A stretch of DNA of 63,865 nucleotides, the filler included, from Perkinsus chesapeaki ATCC PRA-425 (Eukaryota; Protista; Perkinsozoa): the NCBI GenBank assembly GCA_013115145.1. It is 9 parts of 9 records of this genome, joined end to end, with 100 filler letters (N's around TTAATTAATTAA, not from the genome) between each part and the next. Parts side by side here need not be neighbours in the genome. Positions count along the whole stretch, not along the records: positions 10,816 to 27,876 come from JAAPAO010000689.1; positions 27,977 to 45,876 come from JAAPAO010000676.1; 7 more parts are not named here. The stretch is one strand, 5' to 3'. The stretch's first letter is position 1, and every line of letters begins with the position of its first letter. Below are positions 21,875 through 35,431 of the stretch, in pieces. Under the pieces are notes generated by a model, which was not told where the DNA came from, searched no databases, and saw only the letters and a program-made list of their open reading frames with translations. The translations under genes were made by a program, and so were the position numbers.

Positions 21875-24800
21875 TCATTTTATGATGCAAGTCCTCCACC
21901 TGAAAGCACGAAATATTGTTGTGAAAGCCGAATGATCGCGCCCTGAACCAGCCGGGGACAGCTTTTGTGTTGAGCTTCGTATGGGGAAAAGAATCTTGTG
22001 AAGACTGCCCACTTCGGCACTCACCATCCTCGAGCTTTCATCCTCTTTTCCCGTCCAAGCCGTCTCTTGTGCAGACAAAGCGGCCTTTATATCTGCCTTC
22101 TCGGCCCTCATCCTGGACAAGACATATTACGACATCGTCAACTACACGCACCACTCACTTTTTGAGAACCTCAGGGAGATTATCCAGTCCGGTGAAATTC
22201 CCTGAGGTAAGGTCCCTCACGTATTTTGCAGGCATCTAATACACATCGATTGCACCCTACCCTCGGTCTTGAGAACTTACCTCCTTCCCAAGGTCGGCGA
22301 TTTGATTCTGGATATACGACAGCTCTTCCGTGATACTGTCCTGGTCCGAGAGGCGTACAGTCTCGTCCCCGAGCCTTTTCATCTCCTTCATCACGAATGC
22401 CTCCAGGCCATCCACGGCTTTGATAGTGGAGTTATCAGTGGCTTGAGTTGATCGAATTCGTGCCTCGAAATCCCTACGGATGATATTCATCGAGAGTATC
22501 GCGGATTCCCGATCTTACGCCAATGCGCTGGCCACTCTTTCCTCCATGCCGCGAGCCATGGCCGCATTACGCGATACATTCGATTTATATTGTTCTATCT
22601 GGATATGCTCGGTACTGAGCTCGATACTTCTTTGCTTCAATAACTCAAACGCATGCCGCTCAGCATTCGCAAGATATTCCTGCAACCTTGTCACGTTTGG
22701 TGCGATCGACTGAAAAGAGTAAGTTCATAAATGAAGGGAACCTTCCTTGGAGAAGTAACGAGGCTGCCACCTGCTATACGGAGCGATCGGCAGCAAATAG
22801 GTGACAGCACATTCAGCTCACACAGTAACGGTGACTTACGGAGCTCTCGATCTCTGCCTGAAGCTGTAGCTTGCTCTTGTTCAAGTGGTCTTGAAATTGC
22901 CTCCTCACCGTTTCGATATCTTGCTCGGTTTGTGATGCCTTGTCCCCCGCTGTAGCGGCATAACCAGCCATCTGAGCGTGATGCCAACTCTCAATGGCCC
23001 AGAGCCTTATATCCCTCGCCTGCTCACCTGCTGCGAAAGCCGCGCAGCCTCCGTGTCTCCCCAGTTGCCGAACGCTTCCCCGCTTGACTTCAGAGTTTCT
23101 AGAGTGCCGTTCATGCGTTGAAGTACACCCTTAAGCCATGCAGAATCTGAGTAGTAAGATTTGAAATGTATAAGACTTTCGCTACATTCGACTTACCTCT
23201 GTTGCTCTTAGCCTCGACTGTCTCTATTCTGTGGACCTCCTCCCCTTGCAGCTCTACCAGCTTTGCCTTAGACTCGTGTATGTCACTAACGTCAAAGGAC
23301 TTCATCTGCTGGATTTGTGATGCTATCACAGACTGAACCTGAATGCTAATTAACTCAAGTAAGCGAATATTCATAGCAGCTTACTGCTCGCATCGCAGCC
23401 TCCATGCTTCGTAGAAGGCCGTTGGCGAAGGCCTTCAAATCGTCACTATTAGGTCCCTTGACCTGATAACAATAGAAATGGCATGGGGTGCATAACGCCG
23501 AGCGTAGGCAGCATTAGGAGTTGCATCATCAGCTAGTGGAATGCCTTACACGTTGAATCTGCTCTTCCATATATTGCTTGAACCCAGCCAGATTCCTCTC
23601 CTCCTCCATTTCTCTTCTACTCATATCCGCAGCTACGTCTTGCGACGTGCCTGGGTCTAGCAACTGACAAGGCGATGTGCCGTTTGGTACGAAGGATGAC
23701 TGTCTTACTCTGCCACTCAGGAGCTTGAGCGGAGCGGTGTCCCAGCCGTATCGTTGCTTAGCCACCATTTCCTCGACTGTTTCCACTTGTCTACTTGCGG
23801 CCTCTCCGGACTTTGCCATCTTACCGAGCGCTGTTTCCAATCTGGAAACCTCGCCTCTGCTGGCGCCATCCTCAGAGCTCAGCTGACGCATGCATAAGCA
23901 GGTAGATATGTTAGTGGTATCGCTTACCCATGAGTCCAGTCCCTTGGCCACAGCCAGCAAGAGCTGCTCCATCTTATTCTGTGTCCCGGCCACAACGGCA
24001 CGAGGGTCGATGCCAACATCTTTCGAGGCTGCCTGTTCCGAAGCCAGAACGTTACTCAGCCTTCGCTTAACATCAGACCACTCCATCTGCATCAACAAGC
24101 ATTAGGCCAAAAGCACCGAGGGCAGAGCCTCACCGTAAGATTGCTTGACTGCTCGAGTAGAAGGTGATGGCCCCTTTTCACTTCCTCGGCTACTAAGGCG
24201 AGACCTTTGGCCACGGACCCCAAGAGCATCTGGAAAGAACGGTAGGTTGAGTACAGGATAAACCACTCCTCACCAGGAGATGACCAGAATACATATTAAG
24301 CGACGCAGTAGAGTTCGCCACTTCCTCCTTCACAGCTCTCTCTCCGTCGGGGACAATCTGGACGAGGTCATCATCAAGGCTTGATCCCAGGCCGTGCACA
24401 GCAGCGTTCATCTCGACCTGATCAGCGACAGTGAACCGACATTCTCAGATATCGGCCGCGAACCTACCCCAAGGAGCTTGAGAGCCTTGTCAGTATCATC
24501 ACGTAACAGGTCAATGGACTTCACCGCACCATCGTTCCATTGCTTGGCAGCCGCCTCAGCCTGACCTTGATTCTGTCGAATTCCGCGCAGTCTTCTATTA
24601 GCCCTTGTGGATTCTAGCAAACCAGAGGTGCTCAGGAGCCACACGCGGAGCCTACCCTCCACAGTCGCCTCAATCCTCTTTCCATCTGCGGCAGCCTTCT
24701 CTATTTCATCACCGTATGCCTTCTGCATCTCCCTCTCCAGAGCCGATATCCTGGAAGAGCGACGGTGCAATAATCAACCTCAGCTGCAAAGCCTCACAAT

Positions 24801-26953
24801 TGATTAGTGTTATCAGCCAGCGCCGCCAGCTGTCGGACAAGCTCAGGTAGCGCCGTCCGATTGAACTCGGCCACTTTACCCAATATACCAGCCGCCCCTG
24901 AGGTCGCCATCCTCTCAGTGCGCTCCAGACTAGATCGTATGCTGGCCTCAGACTCCTGCACGATCTAAACGACAGCAGCACCAATGCCCATCGGGCCAGT
25001 TACAGTCTCACACACCTGCTCCTCGGTTCGCAACTTCTGTAAGGCTTCGATTGCCATCTTGACCGCTAGATTTCTAGCATCCCTCAAGACCCTATCGCTG
25101 CTGGCATTCACGCTGCCGGCGTGGCGTTCGTTATCACTGTAGGAGACTTCCGTTATGCTGAGTTTGGAATGTCCGCCAGTAAGAGCTGCTAGTAGCCTTA
25201 CTTTCTCAAAGCGTCAAGCTTGACCAACTTTTCTTCCTCGGTCGTGTGGAGGTTTTTCTCTAAAAGCCCTACCAAGGCTCTTACTCGATCCTCTCGCATG
25301 GCCCCTTGTGAAAGCAGAAGGCTCAGTTCCTTGGAGAACGCTCCGACAGCCTAACAGGGCGCTGTTTGCAAGTGACATAGTTTCCGCCTTACCTCAGCTT
25401 CAACAGCCCCTGACAGGCGCTGGAGGGCCGTACGAGTGGCCGCCACCCGAGCATTGTTGGCAGCCAGCTGATCTGGTGCATTTCGAGCCATCCACTCTAG
25501 CTCCTGCAGATAGTAAGGATCGTGTCGGACCACCACCAAAGGCATATGAGCGATATTCAAAGTCTTGAAAGCCGACGCTTACGTATTGAAGCAAGATACT
25601 CGCTGCAAGCAACAACAGATGAGAAACGTACTTACCTTCTCAGCGTCCCGAGTAGATTTGACCGCCTTCACTAGGGCCTGCCGAACGACCTCCCTCTGGT
25701 CCAGCAAATTCCGTTCGAAGCCCTACCGAGCCCCAATAGTGGCTGCTAGTCAGGCTGGGGGAAGTGACTCACCGTAAAAGCCTCTCGTGCGTTGTCGTTC
25801 AGCCTGCGAGACTCCTTCCGCAGCGAGAACTCAGACGCGAGCATGGCAGTTGCGAAGGCCCGGAAGATGAGAAATGACTTCGTGTCGAGCTCCTGCTTTT
25901 GCATTCCTGTCTGCCTTGCGAGCTCCGCCATCATTCGCCGTGTCTGAAGGGACATCGCCACTAACTCCCCCCATCAACCCGCAATAAGAGCCGTAGTTCA
26001 AACATTTGATACCGCAATAACAGTAAGGCAACTCACTTCTGTGTCCAACGCTGCCTCCTGCGGGCCGATGTCGATCCTGTCCCGAGATCTGGCCTCAGCA
26101 AGCGCGACGTCGAGCTCAGCTCTGGATTCTTGTTCCAAGCGAGGTAGATAGTTTGTCATGATATCTACGGCTGCGCCTTTCAAGCTAATAAAAATGCTAA
26201 CAGCACCTTCGACGAAAGCCTGCATTGCTTGGGATCTCGACGATGTCTCGTTTGCTTTTTCCATGGCCTCGGAAATGACAGAGTCAGCAATGTCCTTTAT
26301 CTGGCCAGCTGTGCTAGCCAACTTATCTAGCGGGGCGTCAGCTAGATTGGTTCTGATACAAAGAGCAACGTGCTTCAGTGTTGCCTGCAGTGCGACAATC
26401 ACATCTGATGCGCTTTGCCGTCGAGGAGGTGCAGTTGCCCCGTGGTCTTATCTCCGAGTGTTTTGCCGATGTTGTTGAACTTCTCCGCGTACTCGGTCTC
26501 AGCCTGAACACCGGTGCGTCTATGGGATCAGCTAGCCACTCAGAGGCCCGACGGAGACCGACTCTGCAAGCTCTCTGCTGCTATGTGTGTGATTACGGAA
26601 CACCCATTTTTGGTACACAATATTTTCAAAGCCCCTGCGAACGATATTCCGTACTGCTCAGTCGTAGATGTACTTCACACTAGTTCGGAGTATCTCAGTC
26701 GAAGATCCTTACATTCGACAGCTGAGCTCGTCCAGATTCTAGCAACTCCGACATGCTGCGGAACACATCTTGGGCCGCCGACCGAGCAGCACGCGCAGAC
26801 GGATTTTGCGATACAGCCTGACGAGGTAGGAGATGAGACAACACTCGAGAACAGCGGTGGAGCCACCAGTTCATTGGTAAGAGCCCGTATATCTCTCGCT
26901 GCTGCAGCTGCTGTGAACTTCAAAGATCCGACCCTAGTCAAACGTTCGCTCAC
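21875..26953 (-). CDS. Large multi-exon hypothetical coiled-coil-like protein (one or more genes)
   Basis: Many short minus-strand ORF pieces rich in E/K/A/L/R helical sequence, separated by GT-AG introns; no recognisable domain. Confidence 0.5.
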
Positions 26954-26973
26954 AGCAAGCGTTGCATGTGATG

Positions 26974-27839
26974 CTACATTGCGTCATCTCCAATGGCCTG
27001 GCTGATCTCTGGGAGGCCAGTGAGGAAGCCCGAAACCCGAACTTGCTGAGCCTCGGTCATGATCTTATCGATAGACTGGAGTTGTGATGGTACCCAGGAG
27101 GTCATATCTGATAACGAAGGCAACGACGGATACTTCCGATGGCTTAGGCGCCAATTCCTGCACTCACTGTCTGACAGCTCCCTCACTTTAGCGTAACGAG
27201 CTGCTTGGCACGCCGCATTGCAGAAGATGTTGGTGTTGTCGCCTTCAGTGAACTTCTCTCTCAGTTCTGACATAAGGAGTACCAATAGGGGGCGAAACGC
27301 GATACGTACCTGGAGCTAAAGAAGGTAAGGTAGTTGTAGTCGTAGTCGTAGTCGTAGTCGTAGTCGTAGTCGTAGTCGTAGTCGTAGTGGTAGTCGTAGT
27401 CGTAGTCGTAGTCGTGGTGGTCGTTGTGGTCGTAGTGGTTGTAGTGGTTGTAGTAGTTGTAGTGCTCGTTGTCGCTTGCTGGATATCTAAGAAACAGGCG
27501 CCTCCCATCATAGTCTGTGGGCCCATCACAGGCTTGGATATTGAAATTGGGTTATCGAGATGACAAGCGTCGGTGGCTGAATGTGGCGCTGGATCGAGCT
27601 GTTTGATCAACTTGGCTGAGCCCAGTTAGCTCTATGTCAACTGACTTTCTTGGTTTTTCATTCGAACAGGCGGAGTGACCCACAAACGATGTAGGTTGAA
27701 CAGATACGGCGAGCTTTATTTTAACATGAGAAAGTCTTTCATTCTGATGTATCAAGCACGCCCGCAATCTAACAGGTGAGATCTTATCCGTAGGCCTCTG
27801 ACCTACATGTATTAGCATCGCACATAGCTTTCCTTGCAT
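26974..27839 (-). CDS. Poly-Thr mucin-like protein, spliced (5' part uncertain, near gap)
   Basis: Thr run at about 27325-27475; a short GT-AG intron near 27268-27310 joins LPSLAP to ELREKFTEGDNTNIFCNAAC in frame. Confidence 0.55.
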
Positions 27840-29067
27840 AGTCTAATGACTGTCCAGGAATGAATCCCAATTGTTTNNNNNNNNNNNNNNNNNNNNNNNN
27901 NNNNNNNNNNNNNNNNNNNNTTAATTAATTAANNNNNNNNNNNNNNNNNNNNNNNNNNNNNNNNNNNNNNNNNNNNGTCTCCTAGTATCCCTACAGTTAA
28001 TCTACAAGTGTTTGGTTACGAGTACCCCGGCTACAGGTATCCCGTAACACTGTTACCCACTGGAAGAACTTAAGGAAAAACGTTGGCGCGCTAAGAAATC
28101 CGTATCTGGTATAAATCGCTCAATCGTGTATAATCGTTACAATATCTCCTCATTTCTACTCGTGAAGTGTTTTACTTCACGTGTATCCCTTATCTGTCAC
28201 ACCGATGAGTTTGGTCCATTCCAAAGTAAAATGCTAAAATTATTGTCAAATAGGAACCAATCTTACTCGATCCAGCTATTACTCGTAATAGATTTTCTAT
28301 TCAAAAAGATTATATACAAATTTACCAGGCGCAGCTTGTAGTTAAAGGATAGGAGATCCGTGTTAGGTGAACCGATGCGATATTATTTCATTATCTCTTC
28401 TCAAGTGCCGCTGGACGGGTGTAAAGGGTGTCCCATAACTTTTCAATAAATTTCGAATGTGTATTTTGAGACATTTTCAAATATGCTACCAAAACTCAAC
28501 CATTATCAAACACTTCCTGGTCGGGGAGACACTCTCATTCGAAATTGAATCTTAACTTTACACGCATCGAGGCTTCCGTGGTGAGACAGTATGAAAAGGT
28601 TGACTATTTATGGCCAATCTCCTCGGGTTTAACGCCTAAAGAGCCATTGGACATGTCGCATCTGTGATTTATAAAAACTATTTATCAGTCGCAAATTAAA
28701 TCCACCACCGCTAGCCACCTCTTAGGGCCTGAGTTAGATCATATTCTTTTCAAGGTCTTTCCGAGCTTCATCTGGCTATGGACAGAGATCCCCCTTACGG
28801 GAAGATATAATAGAATCTTCGCTGGAAGTGTGATACTTCACCACAAGGAAACATCAGTTGCACTATCTTCGTTGGAAGCATCTGGTGATGGTATATGATG
28901 GGATGAATGAGAGTATTATATTACCATTGAGGTTATACCGGGCGGTGGTACAGGAGGGGACGGGTGTCGGTGTCCTGCTGATGTCTCCGCTACTGTAACA
29001 ATTCCAGTCTGAGGGACCTGCGTTGTCACCACCAATATATTATCACTTGTAGGTTCCTTTTGCTCTA

Positions 29068-31941
29068 ATGACCGAGTCATCCAAGGACGGCCCGCCTACT
29101 AAAGAGGATGCAACAACACCACGCACCTGGCGGCCTCCATCAGCCAAGTTCGATCCCTGGCGAGGGAAACATCTTTCCCATGGCCGAATGCCCCGAAATC
29201 TTCCTGCACCCCCTAAGAGCAGGGCCGGCGCTGATCTACCAGCTTACTCTGTCAAGGACAAGTTGATCGAAGCCTTGAACGCTAGGAATGTGGTCTTGGT
29301 TACTGGTGCCACTGGCAGTGGTAAAACTACCCAGATACCACAGATGATCCTGGATGAGGCACGGTCTCGAGGGGAAGTGGTGAACGTGGCTGTCACACAG
29401 CCTCGGCAGGTTGCAGCCATCAGTGTTGCTCAGCGAGTGCGAACCGAACGTAAGTGGGATTCAACTGGTCCGGTTGGATTTAGTGTTAGAAATAACACTA
29501 GCTTGCCGAATGGGACGGAAAGTGGTTCGATATTGTATTGTACAGAGGGCACATTGCTCGCTCGAATGTCGGAAAATCCATTGCTTTCGGGAGTGTCCCA
29601 TCTCATTCTTGATGAGGTCCACGAACGTACCAAGGAGATGGACGTCCTGTTGACTTTGGTAAAAACATCTCTGCTAAAGGAGACCGGTATTAAGGTCATC
29701 CTTATGTCGGCCACTGCCAACGTTCGACAATTTATGAGCTATTTCGGCCACAAGCTTATCCAGAAGGAAGTCAATTTGGTGGCTATACCTGATACCAATT
29801 ACGAGGTCAAGGACTACTATCTCGAGGATGCCTTCAAGATCCTTAATTGGGCACCAGATGATAAGGATGCGGACGACTTTGTGGACATCGGTGACAGCAT
29901 GCGTTCCGAGAGAATGCCGTGTGAAGATAAAATCCCTGAGACCAAGCTCGACCGAAATTCTGAGGATTATTGGGCCGAAGCTGCGGCACAGGAATTCGAT
30001 TTGACTGTTTTGCCGACCCAACTGATTGAGCAACTGTTGTTGTACATCGAAGCTCAGGAGACCTATCAACCGAGTGAGGGCGGAGCGGTGCTTATATTTC
30101 TACCGGGTCTCGGCAGCATCAACAAATTGATACATTACTTAACTGAGGTGTCATCGGAGCAAGCATTGTTCAAAAGACGATTTAACTTCATACCGCTCCA
30201 TTCAAAGACGGCCGAACAATACACCAACGATGTCTTTAAGGTTAATACTGATAGAAGGAAGATTAAATGTGTTATTGGCACTAATATCGCTGAGACATCT
30301 CTTACGGTGCCGGACTTAACCTACGTCATCGATTGCTGCAAGCAGAAGGTTAAGACCACTCCTACGAGGCTGGAGGTCTGTTGGACAGGTCGATCGAACT
30401 GTATACAGCGTCGAGGTCGAGCTGGACGAACTCATGAGGGTATATGCTTCCACTTGATACCTAAGAACAGGTTCAAATATGGCTTGGCAATGAACCCCGA
30501 TCCGGAGATGACGAGGATGCCTATGATTGATATATCTCTCAATTTGCTCACCTTGGCGAGGGGAGATGCATTCCAATGGCTGCCGTGGTTTTGTAAGGCC
30601 ATGCCTGATCCTCCGAAGCCAGAGGCGGTCAGATTGGCTGTGTCGCAGTTGGTGAGCGTTGGTGCGGTTGACAAGGAGACCGGCCTCCTCACTGAGCTTG
30701 GTCGAACACTGTCACGGTTCCCTGTTGGCGTTTATACCGCACTTGGTCTCATTGCAAGCTCGATACTGTTCGATTCTGCCGAGGGCATTTATATAAGTGC
30801 ATCACTGTGTGCTCTACTGGAGATGGAGGATTTGGAGGCCAACACGCAAAGGCCGGGCGACATCGACAATCCTAAGAAGGTTGACCCGGCGTCGCTACAT
30901 CGGATGGGCTGCCGAGAACTTTGGCCTAATGAGGGGCAGATACAGACACCTTTGCCGGACCAGTTGGACCTTTTGAGATTCTATCTCGAATGGGAGCAAG
31001 TGTGGTTTGAACGCGGAGTGAGGAGTGCGAAGGAATATTGTAAACGGAGGGACATGAAGCATTCGAGCTTCGAGAGGGTATGGCAGGACAGGAATGCCAT
31101 GCTCGACATCCTCTGTGATCGTGGCCTGGCCGCCACCGAACCCGCGGCAGATTTCGTACCGGGTGGCCGGTCGCCTATGGCAGCTATCAAGGAGAATATG
31201 TACACGCTTGAGTGTGTGTTGGCTGTCCTGTGTGGTCCTAATTATGGACAGGTTAGTATGAAGCGAAAGATAGCCATCGATGTCGATCACAAGACCCTCA
31301 ACTGTGGCAGCTGGTCGTTGATGGGGACAGCGAACGCCAGGGTTGTTCCGGGACAAATTGTGTTATACACTCACAGGCTCGATGTCTGGCCGCCGAATCA
31401 GCCGGCGGCGAGGTGCATTGCGAAGCTGATATGTCCTATCAATACCGTGACTTTCATTTTGGGCTCCTCGGTGAACATAACTTCTCAGAAGAGAGCTGGC
31501 AGCATGATCTTCGTTGATATCTTTGTCGATAATAACAAGATGTTCGGAGGCAACCTACGTACGCAAGAACTGTTGAAGTTGCGGAAGCATTTCCAACAGG
31601 CCATGAAGGGCCTCGCGAAAGATCTGGCTGATGGCGGTGACGTCCTCGATCCCACTAAGGATCTTATACGGCGAACGAGATCTAGGATAACTCGAGCGAT
31701 TAAGGGGGAGCAATTACTCGATTATGAGCAAGAGCTGGAGATTGTTGGTTTTCCTAAGGACGCTGCATCACATGCCGGGCTGGTCTATGGTAATCACAAC
31801 GCTCCTGCTCGGACCAATCCAAAGCCAAAGAAGAAGGATGACGATAGTGGTGGTGGAGAGAAGCGAAGAGGGCTGCCACCGGGGCATACAGCTAAGAACA
31901 ATCATCGAGGTGGTAATGCTAAACATCGCCCTCGTGGTTGA
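29068..31941 (+). CDS. DEAH/RHA-family RNA helicase (DHX36/DHX57/YTHDC2-like branch), single exon
   Basis: GATGSGKTT, TQPRQVAA, DEVHER, SAT, TNIAETSLT, QRRGRAGR; HA2-like C-terminal region. Confidence 0.93.
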   Translation: MTESSKDGPPTKEDATTPRTWRPPSAKFDPWRGKHLSHGRMPRNLPAPPKSRAGADLPAYSVKDKLIEALNARNVVLVTGATGSGKTTQIPQMILDEARSRGEVVNVAVTQPRQVAAISVAQRVRTERKWDSTGPVGFSVRNNTSLPNGTESGSILYCTEGTLLARMSENPLLSGVSHLILDEVHERTKEMDVLLTLVKTSLLKETGIKVILMSATANVRQFMSYFGHKLIQKEVNLVAIPDTNYEVKDYYLEDAFKILNWAPDDKDADDFVDIGDSMRSERMPCEDKIPETKLDRNSEDYWAEAAAQEFDLTVLPTQLIEQLLLYIEAQETYQPSEGGAVLIFLPGLGSINKLIHYLTEVSSEQALFKRRFNFIPLHSKTAEQYTNDVFKVNTDRRKIKCVIGTNIAETSLTVPDLTYVIDCCKQKVKTTPTRLEVCWTGRSNCIQRRGRAGRTHEGICFHLIPKNRFKYGLAMNPDPEMTRMPMIDISLNLLTLARGDAFQWLPWFCKAMPDPPKPEAVRLAVSQLVSVGAVDKETGLLTELGRTLSRFPVGVYTALGLIASSILFDSAEGIYISASLCALLEMEDLEANTQRPGDIDNPKKVDPASLHRMGCRELWPNEGQIQTPLPDQLDLLRFYLEWEQVWFERGVRSAKEYCKRRDMKHSSFERVWQDRNAMLDILCDRGLAATEPAADFVPGGRSPMAAIKENMYTLECVLAVLCGPNYGQVSMKRKIAIDVDHKTLNCGSWSLMGTANARVVPGQIVLYTHRLDVWPPNQPAARCIAKLICPINTVTFILGSSVNITSQKRAGSMIFVDIFVDNNKMFGGNLRTQELLKLRKHFQQAMKGLAKDLADGGDVLDPTKDLIRRTRSRITRAIKGEQLLDYEQELEIVGFPKDAASHAGLVYGNHNAPARTNPKPKKKDDDSGGGEKRRGLPPGHTAKNNHRGGNAKHRPRG

Positions 31942-32216
31942 TGTGCTGCCCTTTGTCTCATTGTACTGTTCTAATCGATGCTACACTGTCTCTACTTTTC
32001 ATTAATATCACCGGATTGAGTTGATAAAGTTAATAAACTCATCACGTGGAGATTTCGATGTGGATAAATGCCGCTCGTTTTGCCGCCATTCTTTCGCTGA
32101 TGATGCGTTCCTATTTTCCCTAATTTCGACCCCTTTCGTTGCCTTTTACTTTAACAACGCAAGCAGAGGATTGGATAGGAAATTTGACGTGTTGGTAAGG
32201 ATCGCTAGAAGTCTTC

Positions 32217-35205
32217 TTAGCGCCTGCGAGCTTTACCGTTCCGAGTCGATTGATGATCTGATAATAATCTTCCATTCCGCCGTATCGATGCTCACTCTCT
32301 ACCTTGTTTTCGCTTTTGTCCCGCACTACTCAAGGGAGCCTCTTCTCCGTCATCTTCCTCGAAATCGCCAAAGTCGCCTTCACTCAAATCGTCTTCGTCG
32401 GCGTCATCGAAATCCCCAAAGTCATTATCTTCCTCATCAACGTCCTCATCAACTTCCTCGTCGTCATCACCGTCGGAGGCAGGCTCCTCTTCTTCATCAT
32501 CGGAGCTTTCACCTGACAATATAGTGTAATGGTTAGCGAGTTAGCCTTCCGTTCATCCATCCCTAGTTCGATCCCGGGATATGTCGGACCTCGAGAGTCG
32601 TTTGCATTCCCGAGACGAAGTGGAATGTCTCAGAAAATGGAACATGAAACGTATGCGGCCTCTATATTCCTTCCAACCCCCGAGTGCCATTATTCTATTA
32701 CCCTCCTCCTCCTCAGTTGTTGTCGAGTTGAGCGGCAGTATAGCTGTCAGCTTCTGCTTAAGATACACTTTGCACACTTGCCGCCGACCTCGATAAACAT
32801 AGGCAAACCGACCAAGGCCACAGACGTATATGAGATCTCCCAAAGTGACGATGCCGCGGATCGAACCCATCATCCCCGAGAACCCTCGTACGAACGGCAT
32901 CATCGACTTCGCGTACTTCAGATGTGCCAACCGTCCAGCTAAGATGAAAACAATATAAGCGAGATGCCGGGCCGAGCGTATGCCTTTGTAGATTGACATC
33001 TCAGAAAAAGAACTATCAAAGTCATTCCCAATTTGCCTGCCTCCAAGCGTCATTTAAATCCGTGGCGCGCGACGGAAATTAAGTTGAAAACCTTCCCGGA
33101 CACTTTCGGAACTAATGAGCGTGCCATTACGGAGCTAATAGTATGCTACTGTAACATCACTTAAGTACTTAGACGCTGCAAATAAGGGAAATAATAATAC
33201 GGCATCTCCATACATTAAAATATCAGATAGCCGCTTTTATATCGTTAAGATCTGGAATATCTCCTAATAGCCTGCTCATCCCAGTGAAGTAGTTATTACC
33301 TTTGCCAGCACGCGCAGGGGTGACAATCTCATCTTCATCAGTCAACTCCAGTAACTTCTTCGTGCTCAATGCCATCAATGTGCCAACAGTATCACCGATA
33401 TATAGCAGTTTACTGGACTCATCATGGAACATTCGAGTGACAGGTCGGCCCCTGAAGACGAGGTTACACCGATGCTGCTGAATGTGATGATGATGATAAG
33501 CATTACTTGGTGATCGATTGGCCTGTCGAATGGCTGGACATCTCGGTAACGAAAGTGAGAGGGAGCTCCAGCAGTGGGCGACGTCGTGATCTGAGGTATA
33601 CGCTTGTCTGGTGTAGTGGACAAGGTGGTGTATTGTTAGCCGATCCACCCTGGTTCAAAACTCGGCTGGTTTATTATATTACCCTTCTCCCTCCTTCACT
33701 AAATACGCTCTTATTTTGCCTTGGTTGTCGGCCATCACCACACAATCCGACGAAAGCCATTCTATAGCAGTGACATCGAATTCAACCTGCGAAAGGAAAT
33801 GTCGTGTGATCTGGGAATCTTCCTTCGTGGTCCTTCGATTTCCAGTGAGCGGGCTCGAACTCCTCGCGACGCTCACTGTCTGCAGCAAAGCCTTAGTTGA
33901 AGCTTTGCCTCTCCCAGTTTTCCCAGTCCCCGTATAACCACCTTCAGATCGAGTTTAGAATCCTGCACATTCCTTCCTCGCCATATAGTCTTGCCCTGTC
34001 TGTCCATTAGTCTAGGGTTGGCACCATCAGATGATACTGTCATGACCTCACTGTGGTCACTACCAGGGCGAATGGCACAGACCTGAGACGAATCTAACAT
34101 GCTTCAACCTTAGATACGCAGACCATTAATGAGCGAAACCTATAATATTCGGTTTCGGTAATGGTCGGTCGATTGAGAGAATGGCACTGTGAGATGAACG
34201 CCTCAATTCCACTTCGTTATCATCAAACATATTTCCTACTACATCCTTACTTGCAGTAAATAGCTTATCACCCGAAATGTGTAAATCGTACATGACCTCA
34301 AAGAAGGGTATCGCAAAGCAAGCTCTGCTCCCTCGTGGTCTGTTTGTAGCCTTCTATGCCACATTTTACCTTAACCGTGGAGCCAAGTGATGCCTTTGAT
34401 GTCGCTGATGTCTCCTCACTTCCATCATCATTGATAGTAAGCCACGTACCATCGCCACTGATGAACTGAGAGAACGGCAAAGGTGAAATATAATAGGGAG
34501 TTTGTAGTGCGTGTTGGAGTTAGCAAATTAACAATGTTCAACAACTTATAATGGTCGAGATTTCCGACAGCCTGGTGTTAAAAGAAATTTCTAAATGAAC
34601 GGATAACAGCGGGACGATAGTTCTGAAACGGTATTACCGAAAGCTTGCCATTCTCCCAGAAGGCCTGTTTGACGTCATCACTGGTTTGTACAGTCTTCAG
34701 TACAGCCCAGGAATCGGAATTGGTGTTATCGATAAGCTCGATTCTGCCACAGGACCGTACTAGGGCAAATCGAGTCTCTTCTCCAGGAGGGCACGCCTGA
34801 GATGGTGGTAATGTACATTGGCGGGTTGTATATATGTATTATAGTGTTTACATAGTATTTATATAAATATCAATACAGTATTATGCCATGTTATATAATA
34901 ATACATCTTAGTCCGAAATGAACGAAGTTGAAAAATAGTCTCTCTGAGATGTTTCTAAACAGAACGCCCGAATTCCGCGCGGAGTTTCGAGTGAGCCTAT
35001 CGAGTTTGTTCGAACACCCTCAGAAGCCAGAGGTCTGCTGCACCGAATAGCCCTTATAGGTGGAACCGTTTCTTCCATATATTACCCAGATAATCTGGGT
35101 GACTGCCTCACCGAGGGCTTGTGTTCCCAATCTACGGCCTAGCTTTTGTTGGGCTCCGAGGACCTCCTTCACAAGACCTGTATCATCACCGACCACGAAA
35201 CGCAT
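32217..35205 (-). CDS. WDR74: WDR74/NSA1 60S biogenesis WD40 protein, multi-exon, acidic tail (stop position approximate)
   Basis: MRFVVGDDTGLVKEV start; WRGRNVQDSKLDLKV; GMMGSIRG...CGLGRFAYVY...KVYLKQKLTAIL resemble Nsa1/WDR74 motifs as I recall them. Confidence 0.8.
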
Positions 35206-35266
35206 GGTGGAATGAAGGTAAAACCTATATAGAAACAGGTGAGGTGAGAAATAAAATGCTAAAAAA

Positions 35267-35335
35267 CGCCGCGGGCAGGAATAGAACTCGGATTCTTAGA
35301 TTATTAAACGTAAGCCGTAACCACTGCGCTAAAAT
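35267..35335 (-). pseudogene. Degenerate tRNA-like sequence between the divergent WDR74 and GALNT starts
   Basis: A-box TAGCGCAGTGG, B-box-like CCGAGTTCTATTC, then T6; acceptor and anticodon stems do not pair. Confidence 0.5.
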
Positions 35336-35431
35336 TACTCTGTAATTTTATTTCCTATTTCCGTGTGTGTTTCTCTACGCCCCCATTATGATACCTCATC
35401 TTCAATCCTCAGAGCCTATTGTTTTTCCAGG

